Source of the DNA: Octopus vulgaris
Lineage: Eukaryota
Reading direction: 5' to 3'
NCBI GenBank assembly: GCA_951406725.2
Contig: OX597823.1
Location: forward strand, 38,440,001 to 38,504,000
DNA length: 64,000 nucleotides
Every line of letters begins with the position of its first letter. The stretch's first letter is position 1. The notes under the pieces are model-generated. The model did not search any database, was not told the DNA's origin, and worked only from the letters and a program-made list of their open reading frames with translations. Shown here piece after piece: positions 51,400 through 64,000 of this stretch. A program made the translations under genes and the position numbers.

Positions 51400-53810
51400 T
51401 TATGTACAAAGGAGTTAACATGGTTGTAAGGTTAAGGTGCTTGCTGGACCAACACATAGAGTTTATTGTATCTTCAAATGTGCTCCTCTGTATGTTTTGG
51501 CGAGAGTACAACACCCTCTGACGAGAATAGATGAGACCGCTACATATACTTCAGAAAAGAGTATCTGTTTAAAAACTGAACATGCTATAGTTGTCAGAAA
51601 CTTGATCACAAGAGCTCACACTGCAAGACAAGATTATGAGGATTGAATGCCATAAGTTCTAAGGTGTTTCAGCAGAAAGTGAATGCAACACAAAAACAAA
51701 AAATTTGTACATGTAGAAATAAATGGTGTAAATATTAAACTACAGTTGGATATGAATAGTGATATTTCAGTCATAAATGTGGATACATGGAGAAAAATCG
51801 GGAAACTGAGGTTATGTAAACAGCAAAAATTGTGTGTGGTGTGATGGACAATAAATTACATTTGATGGGTGAAATGTGAACAGACATCACAGTTTGAGGG
51901 GAAACATGTGAAGCAAAAGTATTCATTGTGGAGAATACAATGAATCTGTTTGGTACAGATTGGTTGGAGTTATTTGACTTATGCCACCTCCCTATAAGTC
52001 TCTACTGCAAAAACATAAATGGTTGTCCCATTAAAAATAATTTGAGGAATTGTAAAAAAAAATTGAAAAAGATGTTTCCTTCTTGGAGGACTTAGATCTA
52101 TGTAAAAAGACTGAAGCCTGCTTTCAAGTAAGTGAAATCACTGTGCCTGTATTTAAATCGAACAGAAAAATACCGTTCATGACAATTGAAATCATAAATG
52201 AAGAGTTGGACAAACTGGAAAAGTGTGAAATCATTAAAGAAGTGGATTATGCTAAGTGGGCGGTGCCCACAATGTGCATTAAAAAGAAAAGTAAAAGATT
52301 AGGCAGTGTACCAGTTTCTCTACAGGATTAAATGACTGCTTAAAGACATGCCACTGTCCACTACCAGCTCCAGAGGACATTTTCACAAAAATTAAATGGT
52401 GGAAAAATTTTCTCCAAATTGGATCTGTTTGACACTTATTTACAGATTAAAGTAAATGACAAATGCTCAAAGTATCTGACAATAAATACACATTGAGGAT
52501 TGTACAGATATACCTAGTTACCATTTGGATTAATGGTTGCACTGGCAATATTTCAGCAAATCATGTACGCCGTGTTACCTGATTGTGAATTTGCAATCCC
52601 TTATTTGGTCGATATATTAATAGTAATTTGTGTGAACCCCATGTGGAGCATATAAAAGCTGTGTTCAAGAAAATTGAAGAGTATGGGTTCATATTGAGTG
52701 AAGAAGACAAATTCTTTTTGCCTCAAATTAGGTACTTATGGCAAATAATTGATAAAGATGGTAGATGGCCTGACCCGTCAAGGGCAGACACAATAAAGAA
52801 TATACCTACTTCGACAAATATACCAACATTACAAGTGTTTCTTGGGTTGGCAAACAACTACCAAAACTACATTCCTAACATGCACAAATTAAGAGCTCCA
52901 TTGAATAACTTATTAAAAAAGGAAGTAAAGTGGAATTGGTTGATTAAATGTCAAAATGCATTTGAAGAAATTAAAAAAAAAATTCTAATCATAGATTTGT
53001 TGTGTCTAACACATTTTGATCCTGAAATGGACATTGTTGTAGTGTCTGATGCTTCGGAGTAAGGAATAGGAGCAGTTTTGCTACACAAGTATAAAGATGG
53101 AAGTACGAAACCAGTTATTCATGTTTCATGCTCGCTGATAGTGGCAGCGAAAATATACAGTCAGATAGAAAAAGAAGCCCTATCAATTATCTTTGCTGTA
53201 AAAAAATTTCACAAGTTTCTACATGGTAGAAGTTTTCTGTTACAAACAGCTCATCAATCATTGCTATCAATTTATGGGTCAAAGAAAGTGTTACCTACCC
53301 ATACAGCAAACTGACTACAATGTTGGGGTATAATATTACTAATTTACAATTTCAAAATGTTGCATATTCCATCGGAAAAAATTGGTCATGCGGACTTTCT
53401 ATCGAGACTAATTCCCAAAAATATGGAACCGCTAGAAGATACTGTGATAGCTGCACTGCAGGCAGGAAATAAAATAAAAAGTATTATGACTAATGTTATC
53501 TAAGAACTGCCAGTGACTGCACAGGATATAAGAATGAAATCTGTCGGCAATGAGTATATTACAAAAATAAAGGAAGCTTTAAAAAACAAGCAGAATAAAA
53601 ATACAAATGCAAGTAGTTTCTCAATACGTGATGATATTCTGATGTATGCACAAAGAGTTGTAGTACCAACTACATTACAAAATTGTGTATTGCAGCAATT
53701 CCACAGTGGACACCCTGGAATGTTGAGGATGAAAGCTCAGATGAGGAGCTACGTCTACTGACTGACTATGGACTGGAATATTGAAAATTTGGTGAGAACA
53801 ATATGCAAAT
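51400..53810 (+). mobile_element. Decayed Ty3/Gypsy pol (protease, RT, RNase H, integrase zinc finger); no LTRs seen
   Basis: LQLDMNSDISVIN (protease), FSKLDL, LPFGL..AIFQQIM, YLVDIL, DASE*GIGAVL, YSQIEKEALSIIFAVKKFH and HSGHPGMLRMK occur in Gypsy domain order. Confidence 0.9.
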
Positions 53811-56584
53811 AATCATACCTACAAAGTCTACCCAACACTTGCAGGTCTTGGAAAAATATTTGTAAAACAACAATAAAAAGAAAATATCTAATACTTGCAT
53901 ATAAAATATAAAAGGCATTCATAAAATGTTTGTGATGAAAGAAGTTAATATAGTTTCTAAACATTTGAGAAGCAGGAAAATAATATCCTTTAAGCATTAA
54001 TCTCAATTATGAAAGCTAAAAATGTATCAATGATACTACTTTTAGTACAATTTCTTTTGTGCTTTTACCTCACAACAAGCATTTTATTTCCTGTTATAGT
54101 TTTTGCAGTAAATATTTGTCAGATGATAATCTTGCTGTTTAAAGCTATATCCTGACACACTTCATTTGACTTTACACAAGTTACTATTATATCACGATAT
54201 TTTTATATTTTCTAAGCTGGCGCATCATGTGCTATAAGATGTTATTGATATGTATTGATTTTAAAAAAATCTAGGCAATATCTTCCTGGATTGCTGTTCT
54301 GTCTTGGCTATTTTAGTTCTGGAGGAATTTATTAGACATCATTTCAATATGTAATCTGACAAAACAGACACACTGTCTTTTAGGAGTTGGATCTGCATTA
54401 AGAACTCCTCCTGTAGCTTTAGAAAAGTAATTTTTTAAAATATTTTTTTCCTTGCAACTACAACATGTTTGAAAATAATGAAGAATTTAATAAAATAACT
54501 TTGTCACTATTAAGCTGGTGTTTGGGACATTAATTTACATGAAATTTGATGAAATGTTTTAATTTTAGATAATTTTAAAACAGAAAATTTGTATTGTAGA
54601 GCCTAAGGGTTAACCAATAATATTTAAATTTAGATATGATTTTTAATTTAAGCACAGCTTCTCATATCTATATGAGAGGGAATGAGGTAATGATTTCTGA
54701 GTTTCTGAGTTTGGCACAAAGGGGAGTTATAGGTGCCAGTACTTGATTCCTACGTGTTTTGTTTTTCATTTCTTGTGTTGATAAGTTGACTTCAACAGGA
54801 GTTGGCTTGCAGGAAAGTCTCCACTGATCTACATTCTCTAACCAATGTCACCCCTCTCTGTTCTTTCAATTCCACAATGATGTTTTCTCCTTTGATGTTG
54901 CCAACGTTAACTAACCCCTTCCATAATTTGATGCAATCTTACAATCTTATTTCCTTCTACCACCACAACTATATCTTTCATACCAGATCCCATACAAAAA
55001 ACTTCATCAAATTCCCTCTCTCTGGAACTTACTCCTTAGTCAAATTTTTTATTGGACTACTACTACTCTGCAAGAAGTCAAACTAGTAACTTTAGTAATT
55101 ATGGTAATTAATCCAGTAGTGTCTAACTGATTTGATGAAATTACTGAATCTGTTATTTCATAATAAGCAGCTTCTACAAATTCTTATTTTCCTTTGAAGT
55201 ATTTCTTTCAGCTGAAAGGAAATGATTACATTTGAGAATTTTTGATGAAATCTAAAATAAGTGTCTAAGCAGCTAATTAGATAAATTAAAGGTTGTCAGG
55301 AATTGAATAAAAAACTAGAGAAACTTGGAAGTGGTTACAAGTGAAATTATGTATTTGGAATTAGATCAAGAAGTGAAACCGATTAAGTGTTATATTAAAG
55401 AAGAAAAGATAAATTGTTAAATTACAAATTAGGAATTTAAGAAGAATATTTATTTTTATTTCTATGATATTAGTGTGGTAGAGATGCCTTATACAATGGC
55501 ATCATACTGCTTCCAATAGAAAAATGTTCTTGGGAAAGTTCTTTAAAGATAACATAGCACTTCATATGAATGTGATGCACTATATTAACTAAACACGCTT
55601 AAATGACATTTCTTATGAAAGAAGTCTTTGTTGTTTTAGAGACTGACCTAAAAGAAAATAAGTTCATGCAGTCTGTAATATTTATTCATTTTCATAGAGA
55701 TAAGAGTTTGGGATTGATTTCATTTGAGGGATGATTTTTGTGATGGAAAAGCATCAACTGCAAATATAAACAGAATTTTTGTAAATCTGAAATTATGTTG
55801 GGATTAAATCACTTGCATACTAGTTAAATTGCTAAAACCATTAAAACACACAAGACACTTGTGTTCAATTTTACTTCATCATCATCATCATCATCTGTCC
55901 ATGTTCCATGCTGGCATAAGTTGAAAAGTTTGCATCATTTCCATTGTCTACTCCACATGGTTTTTATGGTTGTATACCCTTCCTAATGTCACTCACTTTA
56001 CAGCATGTACCAGGTGGTGTTTCCATGTCTCCAGCACTAGTGAGGTCACCATGCAGCTTTGAATAACTACAAACCTTGAGAGAGGTAGCTTTATGCTAGG
56101 AGATATGGAAATATGGGGTTGAGAGAAGGGACCAAAGCAGAGCAGGTTTCTTGCTGTAGAGGAGATACATGACTACTCATATTTTAGAAGAGAAGGTGGG
56201 AATAATTAAGGTGGAGCTGGGATGAAATAAAAATAGAGGTGGTGCGGTATCTGTGTGAGGATCCTTAAGGTATATGGTAAATAGAAGTGAATAGGGTCAA
56301 AAGAACTGGTAATGAGGGTGGTTAGAGGATTATAAGATTGTGAGAGAGATGGGTGAGGGAGTGAGGTTGTGTGTGAATATATAGAAAGAACAAGTGTTGA
56401 GAGGTTGATGAAGTGAATGGTGGATAAGGCAGGATGTCCAGTGATGTATGGATGTGAAGAGCAGCAGAATGGCAATGTTAATACCATAGACAGGTGAAGG
56501 ATGAGAAAGAGAGAGAGAGAGAGAGAGAGAGTTGATGTGTGGTTGGGCAAGTTGCCTGTGTGTGGAAGAGTATAATAATAATAA

Positions 56585-57155
56585 TGATTTCAAATTTTAG
56601 CACCATTCCAGCAATTCTGGGGAAGGCAGTAAATTGATTACATCGACCCCAGTACTTAATTGGTACTTATTTTATCAACCTCAAAAAGATGGAAGGCAAA
56701 GTCAGCTTCTGGAATTTGAACTCAGAGCATAAAGATGGACGAAATGCCGCTAAATATTTTGCCCAGTGTGCTAACGATTCTGCTAGTTTGTCACTTTATG
56801 TAATAATAGTAATAATAATCCTTTCTGCTATAGGCACAAGGCCTAAAATTTTGGGAGAGGGGGGCTAGTCAATTAAATCAACCCCAGTGCTCAACTGGTA
56901 CTTATTTCATTGTCCCCAAAAGGATGAAGGGCAAAGTTGGCCTCAGTGCACAAGGCGTAAAATTTTGGGAGAGGGGGCTAGTCAATTAAATCAGGCCCAG
57001 TGCTCAACTGGTACTTACTTCATTGTCCCCAAAAGGATGAAAGGCAAAGTTGGCCTCAGCAGAATTTCAACTCAGAACATGGTGATAGACAAAATTCCAC
57101 TGAAGTCGACTTTGCATTTTGTCTGGCATACTAACAACTCTGCCAGCTTGCCACC
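56585..57155 (-). mobile_element. Two adjacent tRNA-derived SINEs; the second has a ~113-bp internal tandem duplication
   Basis: Same family as 8718-8935. The unit gcacaaggc..aaagttggcctcag occurs at 56834-56946 and 56948-57059. Confidence 0.85.
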
Positions 57156-57644
57156 TTATAATGTTCGTCCATCATTGTCAAAGATGACCAAGGACATCAC
57201 ATGGGAGAAGATGGAGCACTGTGTGTCCGGCTCTGACCAATCAGGCTGATGCACGTCACAGGCCAGGCATCAGTGGTCAGCTGGAAATGAAAGCAAGGAG
57301 TTGGCTCTGGACTTGCACAGCTCATGTTTTCTTTGTGCTCTTGCAACTCTGTCTTGCAGGGAGAAAGACAAGTATAGTGTATGGGGAAAGTGAGTGATGT
57401 ATTGTTGAAATAATTTTATAGGGTGTGAGGTCCCTTTAGTCCCATTTGGCCAAGATCTATTCAACCTATCTAGAGTTAATGCTATGAAATATGCACTCAG
57501 TATGCTCTTGATAGTGGCTGGAGATAGAAAATGCATCCAACTGTAGAAGTTTGGCCAAATGAGACAGACAAGCACCAGTCTGTAAGATCAGTGACTCTCA
57601 ATATGAAATGATTCAAACTGTAATACATCAGGCGCAGGTATTGC

Positions 57645-58105
57645 AACCAAATGTGTGCAACATGGTGATCTTATATCAAGATAAAAAGCACATGACCTTG
57701 CAGGTGGGGCCCTGTTAGAATTTTCTTCAGGTTGAGTAGCCCATCCTGCTCAAAGGTTTGTTTAAGGATGATGAACAAAACACCCATGTTTCCACAGGTG
57801 AATTATTCAAACCCCAAAGAATTCTTCACAGCACATGGCTATGATGCTCCCCCACTACTTCTGCTCATGATCAGAGATGCACATATCATCAGCCACCAAG
57901 AGACATGCTCAACTGGTTACGGTCAAACAACTGACAAGCAAATCTGTGGTATTGAGTAGAATATTTACTGTAGCCCATCTGTTATACCAAGGCAAAACAA
58001 TATGCATGATAACACTTCCAGTCAGTCAAGATGAGAAACCATGAAAGCCACTGTCTGGTATTTCATCAGGGCATACTACAACAACAACTACTACTACTAC
58101 TACTT
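57645..58105. mobile_element. Copy of the 21.2-kb repeat family ending at an (ACA)/(ACT)n tract
   Basis: Colinear with 21295-21735. Confidence 0.8.
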
Positions 58106-58109
58106 GATG

Positions 58110-58775
58110 AATACTCTCAGTTTATTTTGCTGAGTGTGATGTAAAGTATTGGATGTCCACAGCCAGCAGACTAAGGTGACTCTTGTTTAGTGGTTATGCT
58201 TTAAGAACCTTGTGAAGAATTCTTGCAGTGCCACACAATGCTGATTTTTGTAGGTGTTGGTGGTTGAGTGTTGATACTTCTAAGTGTGTCAATTACTATT
58301 GGTATCATGTCTACTCTCCTCGTTGACCACAACCTTTGTATTTCCCTCTTCAAATCATTGTAGTTGTTAAGTTTTTCTTCTTTCTCTTTGATCCTGTTGT
58401 CACCAAGACATGCTATGTCAATTATCATGCATGTCTTTTTATTTTTTCACCACCCCAACGTTTGGTTTTTGATGTCTGGTCAAGTGATTGCACTGAATCA
58501 TTGAATCCCACAGAAATTTGCAGTTTTCATTCTTGGTGACTCCATCTACAGTTTGCTCAAACCATGTCTTTACTCTTGTAGGCTGTGATTTCCTCAGAGC
58601 TCCCAATAACTCATTCTTGCCACATTGTCATGTATTTTGTATTCGTGTTGTGCCAATTTGAGGCATTTGCTAATGCTGTGCTTTACCATTTCACCCCTCT
58701 CACCACACATCCCACATTTGTTGCTCTCAGTAGTGTTGTTGATTCTGCACTTCACATAGTTACTCCTTTATACTT
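58110..58775 (-). mobile_element. 3' fragment of an RLE-type non-LTR retrotransposon (R4/Dong-like)
   Basis: Minus strand has the CCHC knuckle KCGMCGERGEMVKHSISKC..HDNVA, then CKFLWD and IIDIACLGDNRIKEKEEKLNNYNDLKREIQRLW..IPIVID. The 3' end abuts a trinucleotide microsatellite. Confidence 0.8.
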
Positions 58776-58949
58776 GTTCCTGTTTAAATTATTCAAACCC
58801 CAAAGAATTCCTCTCAACACTTGGCTAAGATGCTTCCCTGCTACAAAATATGTACATGGTAATACTTCTAATCAGTTAAGATTAAAAGCCATGAGAGTCA
58901 TGGCCTGGTACTGCTTCTGGGCACTCATTTATTTATTCATTCTTTTTAT

Positions 58950-59280
58950 CTCAGGTTTTGTTGTAACTCCTGGAGTCTTGCATACGTAGTGGATTTGATG
59001 CCTGCAGCATATGGTACCATGCTATCTTTTCTTTTCAACTATTTAGTACTTTCCTGATTATTCTGGCTATGCCAAACTTTTTGTAACAGTTATACTAGAC
59101 AGTCTATTCTGATTTCTTTTATATTCCTCTTGATGCCTTCTGATATTGTCCCTAAGAAAGCAACAATAATTGGCACTATCATCATTTTCCATAGCTGGGC
59201 TATTTTGTATTTATGATGGGGATTGCATATATCTATTTTTACACCTTTCTTCCTGACTATTCATGGGTCAAAGGGGCATT
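58950..59280 (-). mobile_element. Second, more decayed RLE-type 3' fragment
   Basis: Minus strand AQLWKMMIVPIIVAFLGTISE resembles the RLE C-terminus. Confidence 0.45.
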
Positions 59281-59357
59281 TAACATCAACTATATAGCAC
59301 ATGTGGTGCATCTTGTCCACCACCACTATTTCAGGCCTTGTGCCTATAGTAGAAAGG

Positions 59358-59404
<47 letters not shown>
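59358..59404. repeat. (TAT)n microsatellite
   Basis: Directly visible; explains the poly-Y ORF. Confidence 0.95.
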
Positions 59405-59405
<1 letters not shown>

Positions 59406-60049
59406 ATACTCTAATATGATAAAAATGTAACAATGTCTCTGTGTTTTTAATGGTTAATGACTCTGCAATAGTTCTATTGTTTCTATATTTAATTTTTCAA
59501 CTTGTTTAATATCATCACTTGCTCTTTGGGTGCTGTTGATGGAGTCCCCTCTGATGAAAGCATTTGAGACAGTCTCCAGTTTGCGATTAATTTCCTCCCA
59601 CTAATTTTGTGTTTTCTGAGAAGGGTCAGGAGTGCTGTCCTCCCCTTTTAAAAATAATTTTTTATCTATTTTTTGTAAATTTTAAATATGGTAAAATTCT
59701 TATCTAGTTTATTGAATTTGTTTTTTTTTAAATTTATATTTTAAGAACTCATTATTTTCCTTTCCATAAGATGTAACAGAATAAGAAGCACAATAAAATT
59801 ATATTTTTCATTTCTTTCTTTATTTTCATTTTTTTTTCTGAATAAAATTCTGTTGCAAATCATTTATTTTTTTTTAATTGGTGAAATGTTCCTGTTTGTA
59901 GAACATTAACAAATGGGTTTTTCTAAGCTTTTAAGTTTACACATACTTTTGTCATTATTATTATATGCTATTATTATATTTTCAAAGTTATTATAAACAA
60001 TATCTTTAATTCATTCTTTTTAACATGAAAATTTCTTCTCTATTTTCAG

Positions 60050-60103
60050 AGATATTTCTTTTTAGATAAAGGAATTTTAGTTTATGCTAAATCTCCAAAT
60101 GAA
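60050..60103 (+). CDS. OSBPL6: OSBPL3/6/7-like exon, PH domain (54 nt, absent from the ORF track)
   Basis: Acceptor tattttcag, donor GAA|gtaagt, phase 0/0. RYFFLDKGILVYAKSPNE directly continues ..KGWHK. Confidence 0.92.
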
Positions 60104-60446
60104 GTAAGTACCTTCTCTTATTTCATCACTTACATTATTAGATATAGTAAAAACATTTACATGTTCTAATGTAACTTTTATTAAAAATATCTGCAGTTTC
60201 TCATTTAATTGTTGTAATTGTTTAGTGTTATGATTTTACATAAAAACACTCATTTGAAAATTCTAATAATTATTATTATATTGTATATTGAAACTGGTTA
60301 GAACATACTAAACCATAACATTTAGAATTTTGATTTGATTTTGATTTTTCCAGTTTCAGCTAATGAGCTGTGGCCATGCTGGGGCACTGCCATTTATTCC
60401 ATTTATTCCATTTTATTAGCAAACTAATTATTAAACTAGCCCTAAA

Positions 60447-61055
60447 TCATCATCATCATCATTTAATGTCTGTTTTCTGCACTAGCATGGGTTGGACAGT
60501 TTGACTGATAACTGGTAAGCCAGGGAGCTGCTCCAGGTTCTGATCTGATTTGGCAAGGCTTCTATGGTTGGATGCCATTTCTAATGCCAACCACTCCGTG
60601 AGTGTAGTGGGTGTTTTTTACATGTCACTGGCACAAGTGCCATTGATCTGACACCAGCATTGGCCATGACTATGGTCTCACATGATTTGATAGGTCTATA
60701 CAAGCACTGTATATCACCAGAGGGCTTGGTTACCTGTCACTGCCTCCATGAGGCCCACCACTTGAATGGTGCTTTTTACATGCTACTGGCATGGGTGCCA
60801 GTCAGACAGCACTGGCATTGACCACATTTCACTTGACCCAACAGGTCTTTAGAAGCGCAGCATATTACCCAATGTTTGAAGGGTGCTTTTAATAGGTCAG
60901 TTATGCAACACTGGCATCAGCCATGGCTACAATCTCACTTGACTTGATGAGTCTTCTCAAGCACAGCATATCGCCAAAGGTCTCAGTCACTTGCCATTGT
61001 CTCCATGAGGCCCAACAGCTGGAGATTGTACTTCACCACCTTGTCCCATGATGAT
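60447..61055 (-). mobile_element. Longer member of the (TGA)n-tail family with duplicated internal modules (RTE-associated)
   Basis: Starts with (tca)n tttaatgtctgttttc. The module ggcat..gccat.gctac..tctcacttgacttg..aagcacagcata recurs and is shared with 8460-8550 and 42010-42100. Confidence 0.7.
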
Positions 61056-62159
61056 GATATTCACAATTATCTTCATTCTGAGCTCTATTAATTAAACACC
61101 TACTTCATTTATTACTATTCACTTTAGTTTGCTACTCCATTCATATTCTGTTTATATTTTACACAAATTTTGATAACAACTATAGAAAAAAAATGAGTGA
61201 AATGACTTCAGATGGTGTAGGATAATTTTTAATCTATGAGATTTAATATGCGATATAATGTTCACTTCATCAGAGTAATTATGTTTTTATATCTACTTCT
61301 GCAATTATATCAGTATCCTTGTTGTCAAACTAATGAGTTTTCTTGTTTGACACATATTCTGCAATACAACAAAACTATTTTATTATGCTAAACTGTTAAA
61401 CAATTTGTCTGTTGCATCAACTGTAACTCAGAACTACATTTCAATTCAGTCTTTTTTTTTTTTGTTACTGCATGGAAATTTAGTTGAAGTTTAAGAGAAA
61501 TTGAACTAAGCTCATTTGATTTCTTTAAAATTCATGTGAATGCTGTTTATGTTTTCCAAAACATTGTTGTGTTGAATAATATATCTACTTTTGGGTCTCT
61601 TGCCTATTACATTATATTGCTGTTAACTCTCCATCTACTACCCCCTTCCTCTCTTATCTATCATTCTCTCTTCTATTCACTATATCACACTGCCTTTGTA
61701 ATAAGCAATAATATTAGAACTGTCCATATTAATTCACTCCCACTTTTACCTTTTATCACACTACTTCTTTTCCATCACAACACACCTCTGTAATGAGGAG
61801 TAGCATTGTAACTGCCTGCATCCAATACCCACTAGCATCTACTTTCTTCACTGCAAGCCATCATACCACCCCATATCACCCTTCATCCACCTCTTACCTA
61901 TTTCTAAGGCTATACATCTCTCTCTCTCTCTCACTTCCTCTCTCTTTCCCCTCTCTTCCTCTCTCTTTCTCTCTCTCTTCTTCTCTCTTTTCCTCTCCAT
62001 CTGTCTGTCTCTCTCTCCTCCCTCTCTCTACATTGCTTGTCTTTATTGCCACTCTTCATTTACTCCACTAAATGGAACCGAGATCACCAAACCAACTCAT
62101 ATCAAAATGAAAGTAAACATATTATGATGATGATGGTGATGGTATTTTCTTCTAACACT

Positions 62160-62440
62160 TAGATTCAAAACAATATATCACCACACACACATGCGCACAA
62201 ACAAACCAAAAGGAATGCAGTGTAAATAACGGACAGAGTCAAGACTATTGAAAAGGTTGCAAGACACAATGAAAATTTTAGGAAAATAAAAATAAGAAAT
62301 AAGTGGAAATTTTACCGGTGAGTGTGTTCAATTATAAGGCACAAAAAGAAAATGACTCTCCCCAGACACAACAGAATATGCTTTAACATACGAACTCATA
62401 TAAAGAATCCTGCAAACCAAATCCAAAAACAAAATATATC
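62160..62440 (+). mobile_element. Terminal segment of the Penelope-like family (matches 33470-33660)
   Basis: gacagagtcaa.gactattgaaaaggttgcaaga..aatgactctccccagaca shared with the right arm of the palindrome. Confidence 0.75.
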
Positions 62441-63170
62441 ACCAGTTATTGAAGTCCATTATGCTCTTGTAACATTGTCCTCTCTTGCTATTTATCTCTC
62501 ACCCTCTCTTACAATAACCCATCTTCATAGCCATCTTTCCACCTTTCTCTATCCAGTCTCCTCCTAGCATGCAACTTCTATCACTATCTTTCTTCCATTA
62601 CTCCCACCCCTAATACCACCTCATTCCCAATATTCTGCTGCCTTCTCATTCTCACACTTATACTGTCTCTTCCATTCACCTTCTTCCTGTTGCTCTGTCT
62701 CTCCCATCTTAGTCTTCTATTCACCCTCTTGGTCATGTTGCTTTGAATGAACAGAATAATAAGAACTATTTAGTCTTACACAGGACAAAGCAATTTCACT
62801 TATGTTAATTCCGCAATAAAATGCATTCAATATACTCTATAAAGTGCTTGGTAAATGAATGGAGACAACATAAAGTTGAGGACTTTTTAATCTTGCTGAG
62901 GACATGACATCTTTTAGTGCTGCTGTCACAAGAAACTACACTCTCTGCCCTCTGTATAGTAGTTGGTGTTAGGAAGGACATTCAGATATAGCAGCCCTGC
63001 CAAAATGGAATTTACAAGAAAGGTGACCCATTTAGGAGAGCAATAACTCTAAATATAATTTGACTTGGATCATGATTACCTGTCCATCCCATGTCAACTA
63101 GAAAATGGACAAGGGGTGGTAGCATTTTAACTATCATTGTTGTTATTTTTGTTTTGTACTCCACTTTCAG

Positions 63171-63284
63171 ATTCAAAAAGGTAAATATCATGGCGTTATC
63201 GACATTGGGTTATCAGTCCTTTGTTTTAAGAGATGCCAACGCAGGATAGATATAGATGCTGAAGAGCTGGTGCATCATGTGAAA
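63171..63284 (+). CDS. OSBPL6: OSBPL3/6/7-like exon, PH domain (114 nt, absent from the ORF track)
   Basis: Acceptor ccactttcag, donor AAA|gtaagt, phase 0/0. IQKGKYHGVIDIGLSVLCFKRCQRRIDIDAEELVHHVK matches the ORP3/6/7 PH consensus IxKGKxHGxIDxGLSV..RIDxD. Confidence 0.95.
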
Positions 63285-63751
63285 GTAAGTATTATCTGAG
63301 ATGTTTACTATTTACATAAAGGTTAGAAGTAGTGCTAAATTTCCACCATCCCCACAGACTTCAAGTTGTAATTATAACTATGTTGTGGAACTTATCTACT
63401 ACTCTACATTTACTGTACTATTCATTCAATTCTTCACCTCATGGTTACATTTATTGCACTTATGTTCTAATAGTTTTTGTTCCTCAAAATACATTGCAAT
63501 AATCTAAAAGAAAAGTATTCAAGATATCATCACTCTGTACTCTGTCAATATGTTGTTTCTATTTCTTTTAGCCATTTATAACCCTTGTAATTACTTGTCC
63601 CACCAACCACAAACATCTTGTGACATAAACAGAACAATTCAACACCACTTGAAGAACACTATCTCTCCCTTCCACCACCATGTACTAATATACAAATCTC
63701 TCTCTCTCACACATACACAGATGATCAAAATACCTGTTATATTAATAACTA

Positions 63752-64000
63752 TTGGGTTGACAAGAAAATAATTTCAGTTTTTTAGTGTGAAATAAAAGTC
63801 TTTTTTCTTCATACAAAGAATGAATTTTAATCAATTGTAGATTTTTCATTTTGTTCAATAACCTTTTGCCATCTTTCTGGCAACTTCATAATCCCATGCT
63901 CATAGAACTTCTGGTCCTTATCAGCCAAAAGTTGAAGCAAGTGCAATTTTAGGTCATCATTATTATTGAATGTTTTAACCATTCAAAGAATTTTGCAAAC
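63752..64000 (-). mobile_element. 3' end of a second mariner element (runs off the window)
   Basis: TA-TTGGGTTG terminus. Minus strand reads LQNSLNG..DLKLHL..KDQKFYEHGIMKLPERWQKVIEQNE. Confidence 0.85.

Overview
AT-rich, repeat-dense eukaryotic DNA. The SINE, LINE and microsatellite content suggests a coleoid cephalopod, probably Octopus (inference). The only host coding sequence I can support is three + strand GT-AG exons (34206-34442, 60050-60103, 63171-63284). They splice in frame to the N-terminal PH domain of an OSBP-related protein of the OSBPL3/6/7 group, with introns of about 25.6 kb and 3.1 kb. The rest is transposon-derived: a young CR1/L2-group LINE ORF2 broken only by two 1-nt deletions; decayed RTE, L1/Tx1, RLE (R4/Dong-like), Penelope-like and Ty3/Gypsy fragments; Tc1/mariner elements with D34D, D35E and D37D catalytic spacing; a hAT MITE; several tRNA-derived SINE families; and microsatellites. 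Three things stand out: (i) a tRNA-headed short element carrying a hammerhead-ribozyme-like core, with an inverted copy of itself nested inside; (ii) a cluster of long fold-back structures around the first PH-domain exon (1.8-kb Penelope-like palindrome, 1.1-kb palindromic Tc1-like element and others); (iii) two frame-compatible 23-nt candidate microexons. No CRISPR or prokaryotic features are present. Repeat boundaries were read by eye and are approximate unless a TIR, TSD or splice site is cited.
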